From NCBI GenBank assembly GCA_963782915.1, contig CAWALK010000012.1:352001-416000 (forward strand): a stretch of 64,000 nt of DNA, read 5' to 3'. This document shows positions 35,399 to 44,737 of this stretch, piece after piece; positions within the stretch are counted from its first letter, which is position 1, and every line of letters begins with the position of its first letter. The stretch is from an uncultured archaeon (lineage in GTDB: Archaea; Thermoproteota; Bathyarchaeia; Bathyarchaeales; Bathycorpusculaceae). The notes beneath the pieces were generated by a model. That model had not been told where the DNA came from. It saw only the letters and a program-made list of their open reading frames with translations, and made no database searches. Made by a program: the position numbers and the translations under genes.

Positions 35399-36649
35399 AT
35401 GAACATCAAACTATTGGTTGTTGTCGTCGGTCTAGTTATGGCACTTTTGGTTTCTTTAATAGTGATTCAATCATTGCCCAGTACAGCCGTGAATGGTGTA
35501 AGCTCCGACTTTTATGTTGGCATCGACGCAGCCTACGATAACCAAACCATAACAGCCCTAATAGATGAAGTCAGTTCATACACAAACCTCTTCATAGTCG
35601 GCTGCACCGCAATCACCGAAAACCAAAGCCGACTAAACAGCATATGCCAATATCTCTACGACAAAGGAATGTCATTTATAATCTACCAAGACCTCCCACT
35701 GAGCTATAGAAACTTTCAATTTCCCGCAAATCAGACCCGCCCTTTGAACGGAACAAACTCGCCTTATCCGCCGTCCTCTAATTTGACGGGTCCCCCACGG
35801 CAACCTTACAATTATACCGCACCCTTCAACGCTATCGCCGCTTCTAATTGGACCGAGACGGCTAAAGACCGATGGGGCACTCAATTCCTGGGGATTTACT
35901 ATATTGATGAAGTGGCGGGAAAACAGTTGGATCTCGCCAGCGGATGGGTTGAAGTTAAAAACGCAACCGACTACTCTGATGCCGCCCGCCAGTTCAATGC
36001 TACTGTAAGCAGATCGATTGATTGGTTTAGAAACGGCTACTCAGACGGCGCCCAGATTCCTTTGTTTAGCTCAGATTATGCACTCTACCAATTCGACTAT
36101 AATGCTGGGTATAACGTTATTTTGGCGCAGTTAGGCTGGAATTACAGTCGACAGCTAAACATTGCGTTATGCCGAGGCGCCGCTACTGTTGCAAACAAGG
36201 ATTGGGGTGTGATTGTAACTTGGGAATACGAGCAGCCGCCGTATCTTGAGTCAGGGAGTAAACTCTACGATGATATGGTTTTAGCCTACAATAATGGAGC
36301 AAAATATATTGTGGTCTTCGATTCAAACGAGGCTTATACTCAAAGTGTTCTAACTCGGGACCATCTTAATGCGTTAAAGCAGTTCTGGCAATATGCCAAA
36401 GAACATCCCCGCAGCACTGGCTCGGCTGCTGATCGGGTTGGTTTTGTTCTTCCTGCGGATTACGCGTATGGTTTCCGTGGACCCAACGATTCCCTCTGGG
36501 GCCTGTGGCCTTCAGATTCTTTCTCCACTAACCTAAGTATAACCGTCGGGAACAATCTGTTGAAGTACGGGGAAAACCTTGACTTAGTGTATAACCAGAC
36601 GCAGCTTGAAACATGCGGGTACAAGCAACTTATCTACTGGGACACGTGA
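35399..36649 (+). CDS. Uncharacterised secreted family, paralog 3
   Basis: YTNLF, FLGIYYIDEVAG, SDYALYQFDY, WGVIVTW..PPYL. Confidence 0.85.
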   Translation: MNIKLLVVVVGLVMALLVSLIVIQSLPSTAVNGVSSDFYVGIDAAYDNQTITALIDEVSSYTNLFIVGCTAITENQSRLNSICQYLYDKGMSFIIYQDLPLSYRNFQFPANQTRPLNGTNSPYPPSSNLTGPPRQPYNYTAPFNAIAASNWTETAKDRWGTQFLGIYYIDEVAGKQLDLASGWVEVKNATDYSDAARQFNATVSRSIDWFRNGYSDGAQIPLFSSDYALYQFDYNAGYNVILAQLGWNYSRQLNIALCRGAATVANKDWGVIVTWEYEQPPYLESGSKLYDDMVLAYNNGAKYIVVFDSNEAYTQSVLTRDHLNALKQFWQYAKEHPRSTGSAADRVGFVLPADYAYGFRGPNDSLWGLWPSDSFSTNLSITVGNNLLKYGENLDLVYNQTQLETCGYKQLIYWDT

Positions 36650-36816
36650 TGAGCATTTTTCAATAGCTGGCGGATATGAAGCGCAAGCGAAATGGTGAAC
36701 TTATCGCTCTATGCATCGACATCCTCTAAATGAAACTCACTCGTTTATAAAAAATGTTTTAAAATTTTAACTTTTAAAAACAAAAAAGGATGAAATAATA
36801 AAGAAACTTTCGCTAT

Positions 36817-37240
36817 CTATATTCCCAGAAGCTTCTTTTTTGATTCGGCGAATTCTTGATCTGTAAGTACACCTGAAGTGTGAAGGTCAGCCAGTTTTTT
36901 TAGCTCTACAGAAACGTCTTTATTTGGTGTAGGTGCAGCTGCCGCTGCGGGAGCCTGTTGAGCTTGTTGCGCTTGTGCTGCCTGCTGTTGTTGTGCTTGT
37001 TGTTGCTTCTGTTTCTCCTCTTCTTTCTTTTGCCCCATTTTTGCTCCTGCTGCTAGTGCTACTATTCTTCCTCTTGGCGTTTAGAATCCCTCCTTTTGCA
37101 GTTGATAGTGACCGTTTCCAGAACCCTCGCATGAAGTAAATCACTCTGAAGATTCCGAATTTTGTTTATAAATTTAAGATGATTATCGAAAAGATCACTA
37201 CAATAAAAATAACGCCAGTTCCAGTTAATACCAATATGTG
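36817..37240 (-). CDS. SHOCT-domain membrane protein (frameshifted; start approximate)
   Basis: ELKKLADLHTSGVLTDQEFAESKKKLL; Q/A-rich linker. Confidence 0.7.
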
Positions 37241-37353
37241 GATACTCCTTTACACCTGCAAAGACTTACAAATGACCCATTTTTCAGAAGCATAAATTGG
37301 TATATGTATCCGTGGAGATCTTCAGCCATCTTTACGCTTAAAAATAAAAATTA

Positions 37354-37383
37354 TAGTGGCGGGCGGGGAGGGATTTGAACCCT
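37354..37383 (-). repeat. att-like copy of tRNA-Arg 3' end (30 bp)
   Basis: TAGTGGCGGGCGGGGAGGGATTTGAACCCT identical to 41186-41215. Confidence 0.9.
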
Positions 37384-37638
37384 TGCTTAGTTGTCGATTT
37401 CACCCAAACAAACCCATGGCTCTTTCTATCCTAAAAAAATTATGGGAGAATTATTTTTTTAGCTGATTAATTTATATCATATTGATATTCAAGAAAAACG
37501 TTACATTAAAGTGAGCGCAAAAATAGACGTTTTTGACTAACTCTCAACGGTGAAATACAGCTGTTAACTATTACCCTGCTTAGTAAACATGAGGAAGGAC
37601 GGTGGCTCTCCAGTGCCTTAGAGTCTCTACCTGACAAT

Positions 37639-38559
37639 GTGAGTGAGGATTCGGTGTTGTGGGTTGATGCGCAGGATCCTTCTGATGAAGAAACAGAGAC
37701 ATTGAAAGAATACTTTGAGTTAGCGGATGAATTAAACTTAGAAGAAGTAACTAAAGAGGGGCAACGGTCAAAAATTGAGGAAAAAGAAGACAACATTTCT
37801 TGTCTCGCAATTTTTCCTAATCAAAACGGTTTTGTTCCTGATGCAAAAATGGATTGGCTGCTGACTATTGTTTGTAAACGTTGGATAATTACAGTTCACA
37901 AAGGTTACTCTGATATCACCTGTGCTGTCTACAAAAAAATTAGCACCCATGGTTACTTCGCGCTTTCACTCGCACCTTCTACAGACATACTTCTATACAT
38001 TTTTTTGGATTTGATTACTAACCAATACTTTTTGGTCTCTGACTTGGTACATGAGAGGCTGCAAACTCTGGGGAAAGAAGCGGGAAGACTCTTCCGGGAA
38101 AAGCCAAAACAGGTGAGCACTAACTTTGGCTTAGAAATCGCCAAATCAAGAGACGAAGTGTTAGCCTTGAGGCAATCAATAGGTCCTCTTCGCGAGATCG
38201 TGGGAAGAATCACTAGAGGCGAATTTGCTGTAGTCTCAAACAACATTCTGGCACGGTTTGAAAACCTCTACGACAGAACCATTTCATTAATTGACCGAGT
38301 GGACAACCACCGTGAAGAAATAAGCGATATTGGAAACCTGCTGATCAATGTACAAACACTAACAACAAACAACATTATCCGCTTACTCACAATAGTCTCA
38401 GCCATATTTCTTCCCCTTACTCTTATCGCCGGAATATGTGGAACCGCTTTTTCGATACCTGAAGCAAACACCACCTTGGGTTTCTACCTTATGATAGGCT
38501 TAATGGTTGCCATATCTGTTAGTCTAATCGCCGTTTTCAGAAGCAAAGGCTGGCTTTAA
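37639..38559 (+). CDS. corA: CorA-family divalent cation transporter
   Basis: LWVDAQDP, NNIIRLLTIVSAIFLPLTLIAGICG; the GMN signature is replaced by GTA. Confidence 0.82.
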   Translation: MSEDSVLWVDAQDPSDEETETLKEYFELADELNLEEVTKEGQRSKIEEKEDNISCLAIFPNQNGFVPDAKMDWLLTIVCKRWIITVHKGYSDITCAVYKKISTHGYFALSLAPSTDILLYIFLDLITNQYFLVSDLVHERLQTLGKEAGRLFREKPKQVSTNFGLEIAKSRDEVLALRQSIGPLREIVGRITRGEFAVVSNNILARFENLYDRTISLIDRVDNHREEISDIGNLLINVQTLTTNNIIRLLTIVSAIFLPLTLIAGICGTAFSIPEANTTLGFYLMIGLMVAISVSLIAVFRSKGWL

Positions 38560-38601
38560 AAAAATTATAAGCTTTTCTTTTTTGCAACGTTTATTTGATT
38601 G

Positions 38602-38700
38602 TCAGTGGCGGGCGGGGAGGGATTTGAACCCTCGACCCTGAGGACTTTCTTGAGAAGAAAGCCCTGCCAAAGAAACGTAAGTTGTTGTTTGGTTTTCCAT
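38602..38700 (-). pseudogene. int(N) fragment of SSV1-type split tyrosine integrase
   Basis: ATG..TGA ORF MENQTTTYVSLAGLSSQESPQGRGFKSLPARH running through the att repeat, in the frame that continues into int(C). Confidence 0.7.
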
Positions 38701-41221
38701 ATATTTGCTCCGTATCTTTAAGTGATACAATAGCTAACTATACAATAGCGTATCCTCATGTGATACTTTATGCAAAGAGCTATCTTTTCCGCCAAGAGAG
38801 AGGGATTTACTATCCATGTTCCTAAACAATGAATCCATAACCGATGAAACCTTTCGAATGCTTAAACTTAGAGTCAAGCGGAATTATCCAACCCTAAGCG
38901 AAGATTTTAAATTAATCACTCAAGTCACGAATAAGGAATTATTTTTATAAACTGTCTTTGCTTGTTGGAAATCACATAGGGTAGGGTATACACGGCTGTG
39001 GGGAAAAGGTCTAAGGGGTTATTGGCAACTCTATTTTGAAGGTTGTTCCTTTGCCTTCTTGGGTATCGAAAGTTATTGTTCCACCCAATTGCTCAACGAA
39101 CTTCTTTACGACTGGTAACCCAAATCCTTGACCTTTTGATTTTGTGGTAAACAAGGGCGTGAATATCCTATCTTGAATTTCCTTTGGAATTCCATTACCC
39201 GTATCGCTAACAGAAATCTCAACTAATCGCTTGTTCTGCTTTACATTGAGTGTTAGCTTGCCACCATTTGGCATTGCTTGAATTGCATTAGTGCTTAGAT
39301 TTGTTATTATGCGTCTGAGGTAGTCATGGTCGCTCTTCAGTTGAGGATTGCCTTGCACAGTACATTTTGCTACAATATTGCTTGGGATTGTTAATGCTGA
39401 AAAGGTGCTATCTATTAGGTCTTTTATGTTTACGTCATGTGAAGTCGGCTTAGTATTTCTTGCATAGTCTTGTAAATCCGCAACTATCTTGTTGATATAG
39501 TCAACTTGCTCTTGAATGAAAGTTATGCTTTCAAGCGTTTCCTGTTTAACTTCCCCGTCTGGAAGATTAGAAATGTTCTCTTTTTCCAAATAAAGTTCAC
39601 TAACAATAGCCTGTAGCGGATTACGAATATCATGACCCACCATACCAGCCGTAGCACCAATAGCAGCCAAACGCTCTTTATCCAGAAGCTGTTGCTCCAA
39701 CATCTTTTTCGCAGTTATATCCCTGAAAAGAATGCCTACTTGACCTTTAGAATACGGAAAGAAGTAGGAGTCATACCACTTGGAGGAGTATTTGTTATAC
39801 GCTTCATTGTGAACTGGTTTTCCTGTTTTGGCAACGTCACCGCTTAATAGTACTATTTCTGGCTCAAGCTCAGGGGTGACCTCGCTTGCCAATTTTCCTA
39901 AAACATCAACTGCTTTAGCTCCCGTTTGACGCTCATAAGCGGAATTAAGCTCCAGAAATCGAAAATCACAGCCTTTACCATTCTTATCTAAAATTGGCTC
40001 AAGCAGCATAAAGCCATCTTCACTATTATCAAACAATGTATGATACAGCTTTTCGCTATCCCTAAGTGCCTCTACTGCTTTCTTGCGTTCAGTTATATCT
40101 CGATGGATAGCAACGATTAGTTTCTTGTTTTCCCACTCAACAATACTGGCATGAATCTCTACAGGTATCAAAGATTTGTCTTTACGCACATGAAACGCTT
40201 CAAAAAATGCACTACCTTGTTCAACCAATTGTTTAAATCTGGATTTAAGAAGGTCGGCTGATTCAGATGCATTTAAATCATTAACCTTCAGTTTAGCCAT
40301 TTCTTCTCTACTATACCCACGCATCTTGCAAGCGGCATCATTAAATCTGATAATGTTTCCATCTAAATCTGCAACAACTATTGAATCAGAGGATAAATCA
40401 AAAATAGTCGAACCCAATTTAGCGGCTTCTTCGGTTTTTTTCCGTTCAGTAATATCTTTTCCATGAACTGTTATTCCTAGAGCAGAGGGTGATACTGTAA
40501 ACTCTCTTATGCTTGGTTTGGCGTAGATAGTTTTCCATTCAAAAACTTGGGGTATTTTTTTCTCCATTACCTGATTATAAATCTTCTCTAGTTCAGTTCC
40601 GACAAAACGTGGAAACATTTGCCAAAAATTCTTACCGATGAGGTCACATTGACTAAACCCAAAATCATCAGCAGTTCTTTTACTTATGTAAAGAATATTC
40701 CAATTTCTATCGAAGGAGCTAATGTATTCATCTATACTGTCTAAAATTTCGTTACAGTCAACTTTTTTGTTAGTTGGCATCAATTAATAATCGATGTCTT
40801 TTCTTTATAAGACTAATTGTTCGTGGAACAAAGATAAGTTGACATCTTGATCTAGGTATCGGCTATTAAGGCATCTAACTCGCTTTCAAGCGGTAAGAAT
40901 ATGGGAACGTCATCTCTGGTGAATCTAGGTTTAATCCATGTCAAGCCTTTGAACTGGACATAATAATCATAGGCATTGGTCAGTAATTCTTTTCTTGTTT
41001 CAGAAACGTTGTAGGTACAAATTAGTGTCTTAATTCTATCTGGACTATTGATATCTCCAAGCTTCATTAAAACCTTCAAACGTTTGCAATATGAGTGGGC
41101 TGTAACTTCTCTCACATGTAATAGAAGGATCTTTTGAAATTCTTCAATGTTAATTCCTTTTAATTCAAACGGTAGTGGGTTCAAGTAGTGGCGGGCGGGG
41201 AGGGATTTGAACCCTCGACCC
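38604..41221 (-). mobile_element. Decayed integrated element at tRNA-Arg(CCU), 35-bp direct repeats
   Basis: AGTGGCGGGCGGGGAGGGATTTGAACCCTCGACCC at 38604-38638 and 41187-41221; integrase fragments at both ends. Confidence 0.85.
39011..40783 (-). CDS. PAS-domain sensor histidine kinase
   Basis: Three PAS domains, GHDIRNPL, DTGNG, FTTKSKGQGFGL. Confidence 0.93.
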   Translation of the reverse strand: MMPTNKKVDCNEILDSIDEYISSFDRNWNILYISKRTADDFGFSQCDLIGKNFWQMFPRFVGTELEKIYNQVMEKKIPQVFEWKTIYAKPSIREFTVSPSALGITVHGKDITERKKTEEAAKLGSTIFDLSSDSIVVADLDGNIIRFNDAACKMRGYSREEMAKLKVNDLNASESADLLKSRFKQLVEQGSAFFEAFHVRKDKSLIPVEIHASIVEWENKKLIVAIHRDITERKKAVEALRDSEKLYHTLFDNSEDGFMLLEPILDKNGKGCDFRFLELNSAYERQTGAKAVDVLGKLASEVTPELEPEIVLLSGDVAKTGKPVHNEAYNKYSSKWYDSYFFPYSKGQVGILFRDITAKKMLEQQLLDKERLAAIGATAGMVGHDIRNPLQAIVSELYLEKENISNLPDGEVKQETLESITFIQEQVDYINKIVADLQDYARNTKPTSHDVNIKDLIDSTFSALTIPSNIVAKCTVQGNPQLKSDHDYLRRIITNLSTNAIQAMPNGGKLTLNVKQNKRLVEISVSDTGNGIPKEIQDRIFTPLFTTKSKGQGFGLPVVKKFVEQLGGTITFDTQEGKGTTFKIELPITP

Positions 41222-41226
41222 CCAAC
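40852..41226 (-). pseudogene. Truncated int(C) fragment of tyrosine integrase
   Basis: Open frame from inside the tRNA: GRGFKSLPARHYLNPL...RKELLTNAY...GLTWIKP...PIFLPLESELDALIA, then a stop before the catalytic domain. Confidence 0.7.
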
Positions 41227-41292
41227 TTAGGAGGCTGGTGCTCTATCCGTACTGAGCTTCGAGGAAGCGCCGTTTGGCGTTCTTACTCGCCC
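41189..41292 (-). tRNA. tRNA-Arg(CCU) with 26-nt BHB intron at 9/10 (41258-41283), CCA encoded
   Basis: Removing the intron gives a 78-nt cloverleaf: anticodon loop CTCCTAA, T-loop TTCAAAT; A6-C67 mismatch. Confidence 0.92.
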
Positions 41293-42082
41293 ACTTTTCC
41301 CGTCCAGCACCTCAGTAAGTTGGTTGGGTGTAATAACTGTAACGTTCAAGTTAGCGAGCAATTCAGAATATTTTTCCAAATAATTGTCGGTTGTAACAAC
41401 AATTGTTTTAAGGTTTAGTTTATGATAATCTGTAATCTTTTGACTTAGCTCTTTTGCCTTTTGCTCTACATCATACCAAAATGTGCACTCAATCACTATC
41501 TCGCCAAGTATGAAGTCAGGGAAATAAAATCTATTACCGCATTTCAACTGGTGTTCATATTCGAAAGTGCGACTTTGCTTGGCAAGGATTTTTGCAACCT
41601 CTAACTCTAGAACGTTTCGATATTTTTGCCCATTGAATTCATGTTTGTATTTCAATGACTGCTTTATCCTTTCGTACTGGATTTTACTGTATTCCTCAGC
41701 ATGCTCCTTTTTCATTCTAACATGCCAATTTCGGGTACCAGTTTTCCCTCCTTTAGATTTCCAAGAACTGCTTTGTTGCGTATACGCTTGATCGAAGAAA
41801 CCATGCATAAGTCGTTTTGTGCTTAAGCCACCGACCTTTTGGCCCCATGTGTCCTCTTTTTAGTTCTATGATATACTGTTTAAAAGACTTCTGCTCAGGG
41901 CAGACTACAATAATTCTGTCAAAGATGTCTTGCCTTATTGACCACTTCTCATCCCGCCATTCTCTGATCGTCGTATAACTAATCCCTATTTTTTGGGCTA
42001 ATCCTCTCCATGAAAGCCCCAACGCTACCTTGGTGCTAATCAGCAGTTCTTTCTGTTTGCCTTTGCTAAGCACGCATCGCAT
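41227..42082 (-). CDS. HTH + PD-(D/E)XK nuclease-like protein (frameshift near 41850), overlaps tRNA
   Basis: LSWRGLAQKIGISYTTIREW HTH; YRNVLELEVA...FEYE...YFPDFILGEIVIECT. Confidence 0.7.
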
Positions 42083-42439
42083 AGGTTGTAGTTTAGGGGA
42101 TGTTTACTTAAAACTTAGGTTAGAAAAAAAAGTACTGAGCTACTCGCCCACGACAAAGCTAAGGTCAACTTAGCTAAACAAAAACCTATCGACCAGCTCT
42201 TAAAAATTGAGCGATTGTAACCTTTCAAACGTTTGTAACCCAATACGCACATACTGCAATCGCAAAGCATCTCATCCACATTAACAGGCAGGTGCTTGGC
42301 AACAAAAAATTAACTATCTATATGCTATTATTCGTTATTCCCTATTGGATTCCACCATAAAACATTTAAATTTGTGACCGTTGATTCAGAAGTATTAATA
42401 GCGTTAACACGGTAAAATCTGGCTATCGGAGAAATATAT

Positions 42440-44323
42440 TTGACCTCTAAAACCCAAACAGCAACAATTTTTCTAGTTCTAATTATCACGGTTTCAATGC
42501 TGGCAATCATACAGCCCGCAAAAAGCCAACAACCCACCTCCTACACAGCTTATGGCCCAATAGGCACAGGACCCTACATCTACATGGGAACAGACCCTAT
42601 CACTGGCGCCGTAAAGTTAGTGAAAAACGAGAACTACTGGAACAAAGATGCGCTGCAAAGTATTGGTGCATTTGGAGTTCAGGAACTTGATTTACAGTAC
42701 ATCCCGGGCAGCAGCGCCGCAGTTGCAGCTCTTAAAGCAGGCAACGTTTCAGTCATAAGTCCATATTACAAACTAAGCGAGGTTACCACCCTTTCCACCT
42801 CAGGGGAAGACTATGTTAGTGCTTATGCAGGCGATGTCTTCCAGATAGACATCAATTTGCAGCATCCAGTCTTTGGAACAGGTGTAGATACACCCCTTGG
42901 CAAAGCTAACGCTTCCCGAGCTGCAGAAGCCGCACTTTACGTTCGCCAAGCTATAAGCCACCTCATTCCAAGGCAAGAAATCGTTGACAACGTATTTGAC
43001 GGCATCGCTATGCCCGGAACCGTATCTGGTCTATGCCCTCTCACCACCGGATTCGATTCAACAATTCAGCCCTACTCCTACAATATCACTTTAGCAAAGC
43101 AGCTCCTCACAAAAGCCGGATACGACACAACATCAAATACAGCCAATCTATTCCACATAACCTTACTAGTTGGATCCAACATCGAAGCAACAAAAGCTAC
43201 AGCTCTTTTAGTAGAGGCTAACTTGAATGCAGCAGGCATAAAAGCAGATATAGTCACTATGGATTTTGCTGGCATCATTAACCGACTATACCCTGAATCA
43301 ATGGATATGCTGGGCAAAAGCTATGACCAAGGCGGCTTTGATGCCGCTTTCATAACATATGGCTATGGCGAAAATAGTACGCCCTATGACAAGTATGATA
43401 GCAGCCAATTTCCACCTACAGGCGAAAACGATAACCTTTGGAACAACACCCAAAGCGATAGCCTATGCAGTTTAATTAAGCAAACCACAAACGAAACCCA
43501 ACGCCTCGCATACCTGAAGCAATGGCAACAATTATTCTACAACGAACAGCCAACTATCGTTATTGCCTACCTTAAGGAAGCTGTTGCTTTTGATCCTCAA
43601 ACCTTAGAGAAGGCACCTTTTGAAACTTACTTCCCATATATGTGGCCGGGCGCTGAAAACTGGGTGCTAAAACAGCCAACTTTGCAAGCTAAAATAGTCA
43701 TGGCTGTACCGCAGCATCTCCCCGTAACGGGATATATTTTCTACTTAGGTGGATCTTCCTATGATTATGAAGTGATTGCTGAAATTTTTGAGAGCCTAGC
43801 AACACAAAATAGTAGCAGTTTGTTTATCCCCGCTTTGGCAACTAGTTGGGAGGCTTCTGCTGACCAAACAATTTGGACATTGCATTTACGGCAAAACGTA
43901 ACTTGGCAAGACGGCGAAAAATTCAGTGCAAAAGACGTAAAATTCACCTATGACAGCGTAATGAACGATGTAGGGCTTACAAGTACTCTAGGTTCAGCCG
44001 ATAACATCCAAGTAGTTGATGAGTACACTGTGAAGTTTACTCTACCTGTTGCGGACCCAAATTTTGTCAGTGATGTCTTATTTTATCCAATTTTGCCTGC
44101 GCATATTCTTCAAAGCGTAGCATACGATGATTGGGCAACACATCCGTTCAATACTGCAGCTAACACTTACACAGTAACTTTAAATCAAGCCGCAACTGCA
44201 ACCACAAATGGCTTCTTCGACCAATACAGCATCTACATCGCAGCCCTCGTAATTGCAATAGTAATAATCGCTACCGCTCTAGTCATTCGACAACGCCGCA
44301 AACCTAAAACAAAAAATATCTGA
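42440..44323 (+). CDS. ABC transporter family-5 substrate-binding protein, permuted domain order
   Basis: PIGTGPY, VRQAISH, AKQLLTKAG, PALATSW...LRQNVTWQDGEKFSAKDVKFTY; signal peptide and C-terminal TM. Confidence 0.88.
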   Translation: MTSKTQTATIFLVLIITVSMLAIIQPAKSQQPTSYTAYGPIGTGPYIYMGTDPITGAVKLVKNENYWNKDALQSIGAFGVQELDLQYIPGSSAAVAALKAGNVSVISPYYKLSEVTTLSTSGEDYVSAYAGDVFQIDINLQHPVFGTGVDTPLGKANASRAAEAALYVRQAISHLIPRQEIVDNVFDGIAMPGTVSGLCPLTTGFDSTIQPYSYNITLAKQLLTKAGYDTTSNTANLFHITLLVGSNIEATKATALLVEANLNAAGIKADIVTMDFAGIINRLYPESMDMLGKSYDQGGFDAAFITYGYGENSTPYDKYDSSQFPPTGENDNLWNNTQSDSLCSLIKQTTNETQRLAYLKQWQQLFYNEQPTIVIAYLKEAVAFDPQTLEKAPFETYFPYMWPGAENWVLKQPTLQAKIVMAVPQHLPVTGYIFYLGGSSYDYEVIAEIFESLATQNSSSLFIPALATSWEASADQTIWTLHLRQNVTWQDGEKFSAKDVKFTYDSVMNDVGLTSTLGSADNIQVVDEYTVKFTLPVADPNFVSDVLFYPILPAHILQSVAYDDWATHPFNTAANTYTVTLNQAATATTNGFFDQYSIYIAALVIAIVIIATALVIRQRRKPKTKNI

Positions 44324-44558
44324 TTGAGTAAACAACCGTTTACTCCTTCTTTTTTCAACCCATAATTATTGCATTAAAAATAAGCGATAAATAACGGTTT
44401 TTTCTGATTTTAAAGTGATGCCTGCTGTTGTGTATAGAGGTTTCTTGCCAACAACTAATAGAAAAGACACGGTGGGATTGACGGTGGGACTTTAACCCCT
44501 GAAGGTTTCTGTAAGAGGTTTTTCTCTTTTAGAGTATTAACAACCACTCTTAGAAACA

Positions 44559-44603
44559 AAAAATACTGAAAGGGTTTGCCAGGGATAAACCCTCAGTATT
44601 TTT
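44559..44603 (-). terminator. Hairpin directly downstream of tRNA-Leu
   Basis: AAAAATACTGA..GGGTTT / AAACCC TCAGTATTTTT inverted repeat followed by T-tract. Confidence 0.5.
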
Positions 44604-44611
44604 GAACATAG

Positions 44612-44737
44612 TGGTGCCGGGGGTGGGACTTGAACCCACGAAGGCCTGCGCCAGAGGATCTTAAGTCCTCCTCCATATCTTAGGGGCAAATTGTTTTTAT
44701 CTGGCCACCTATTTAGACCTGGCTCGGATACCCCGGC
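44612..44737 (-). tRNA. tRNA-Leu(UAA) with 38-nt intron at 22/23 (44675-44712), CCA encoded
   Basis: GCCGGGG/CCCCGGC acceptor, GAGGA-CTTAAGA-TCCTC, long variable arm; BHB-like GTCT-AAA / AGAT-ATG; 88-nt mature. Confidence 0.92.

Noticed and set aside
41188-41418. ORFs MAGGEGFEPSTP... (41188 +) and 44537-44890 (-)
   Set aside because: Spurious translations of tRNA genes
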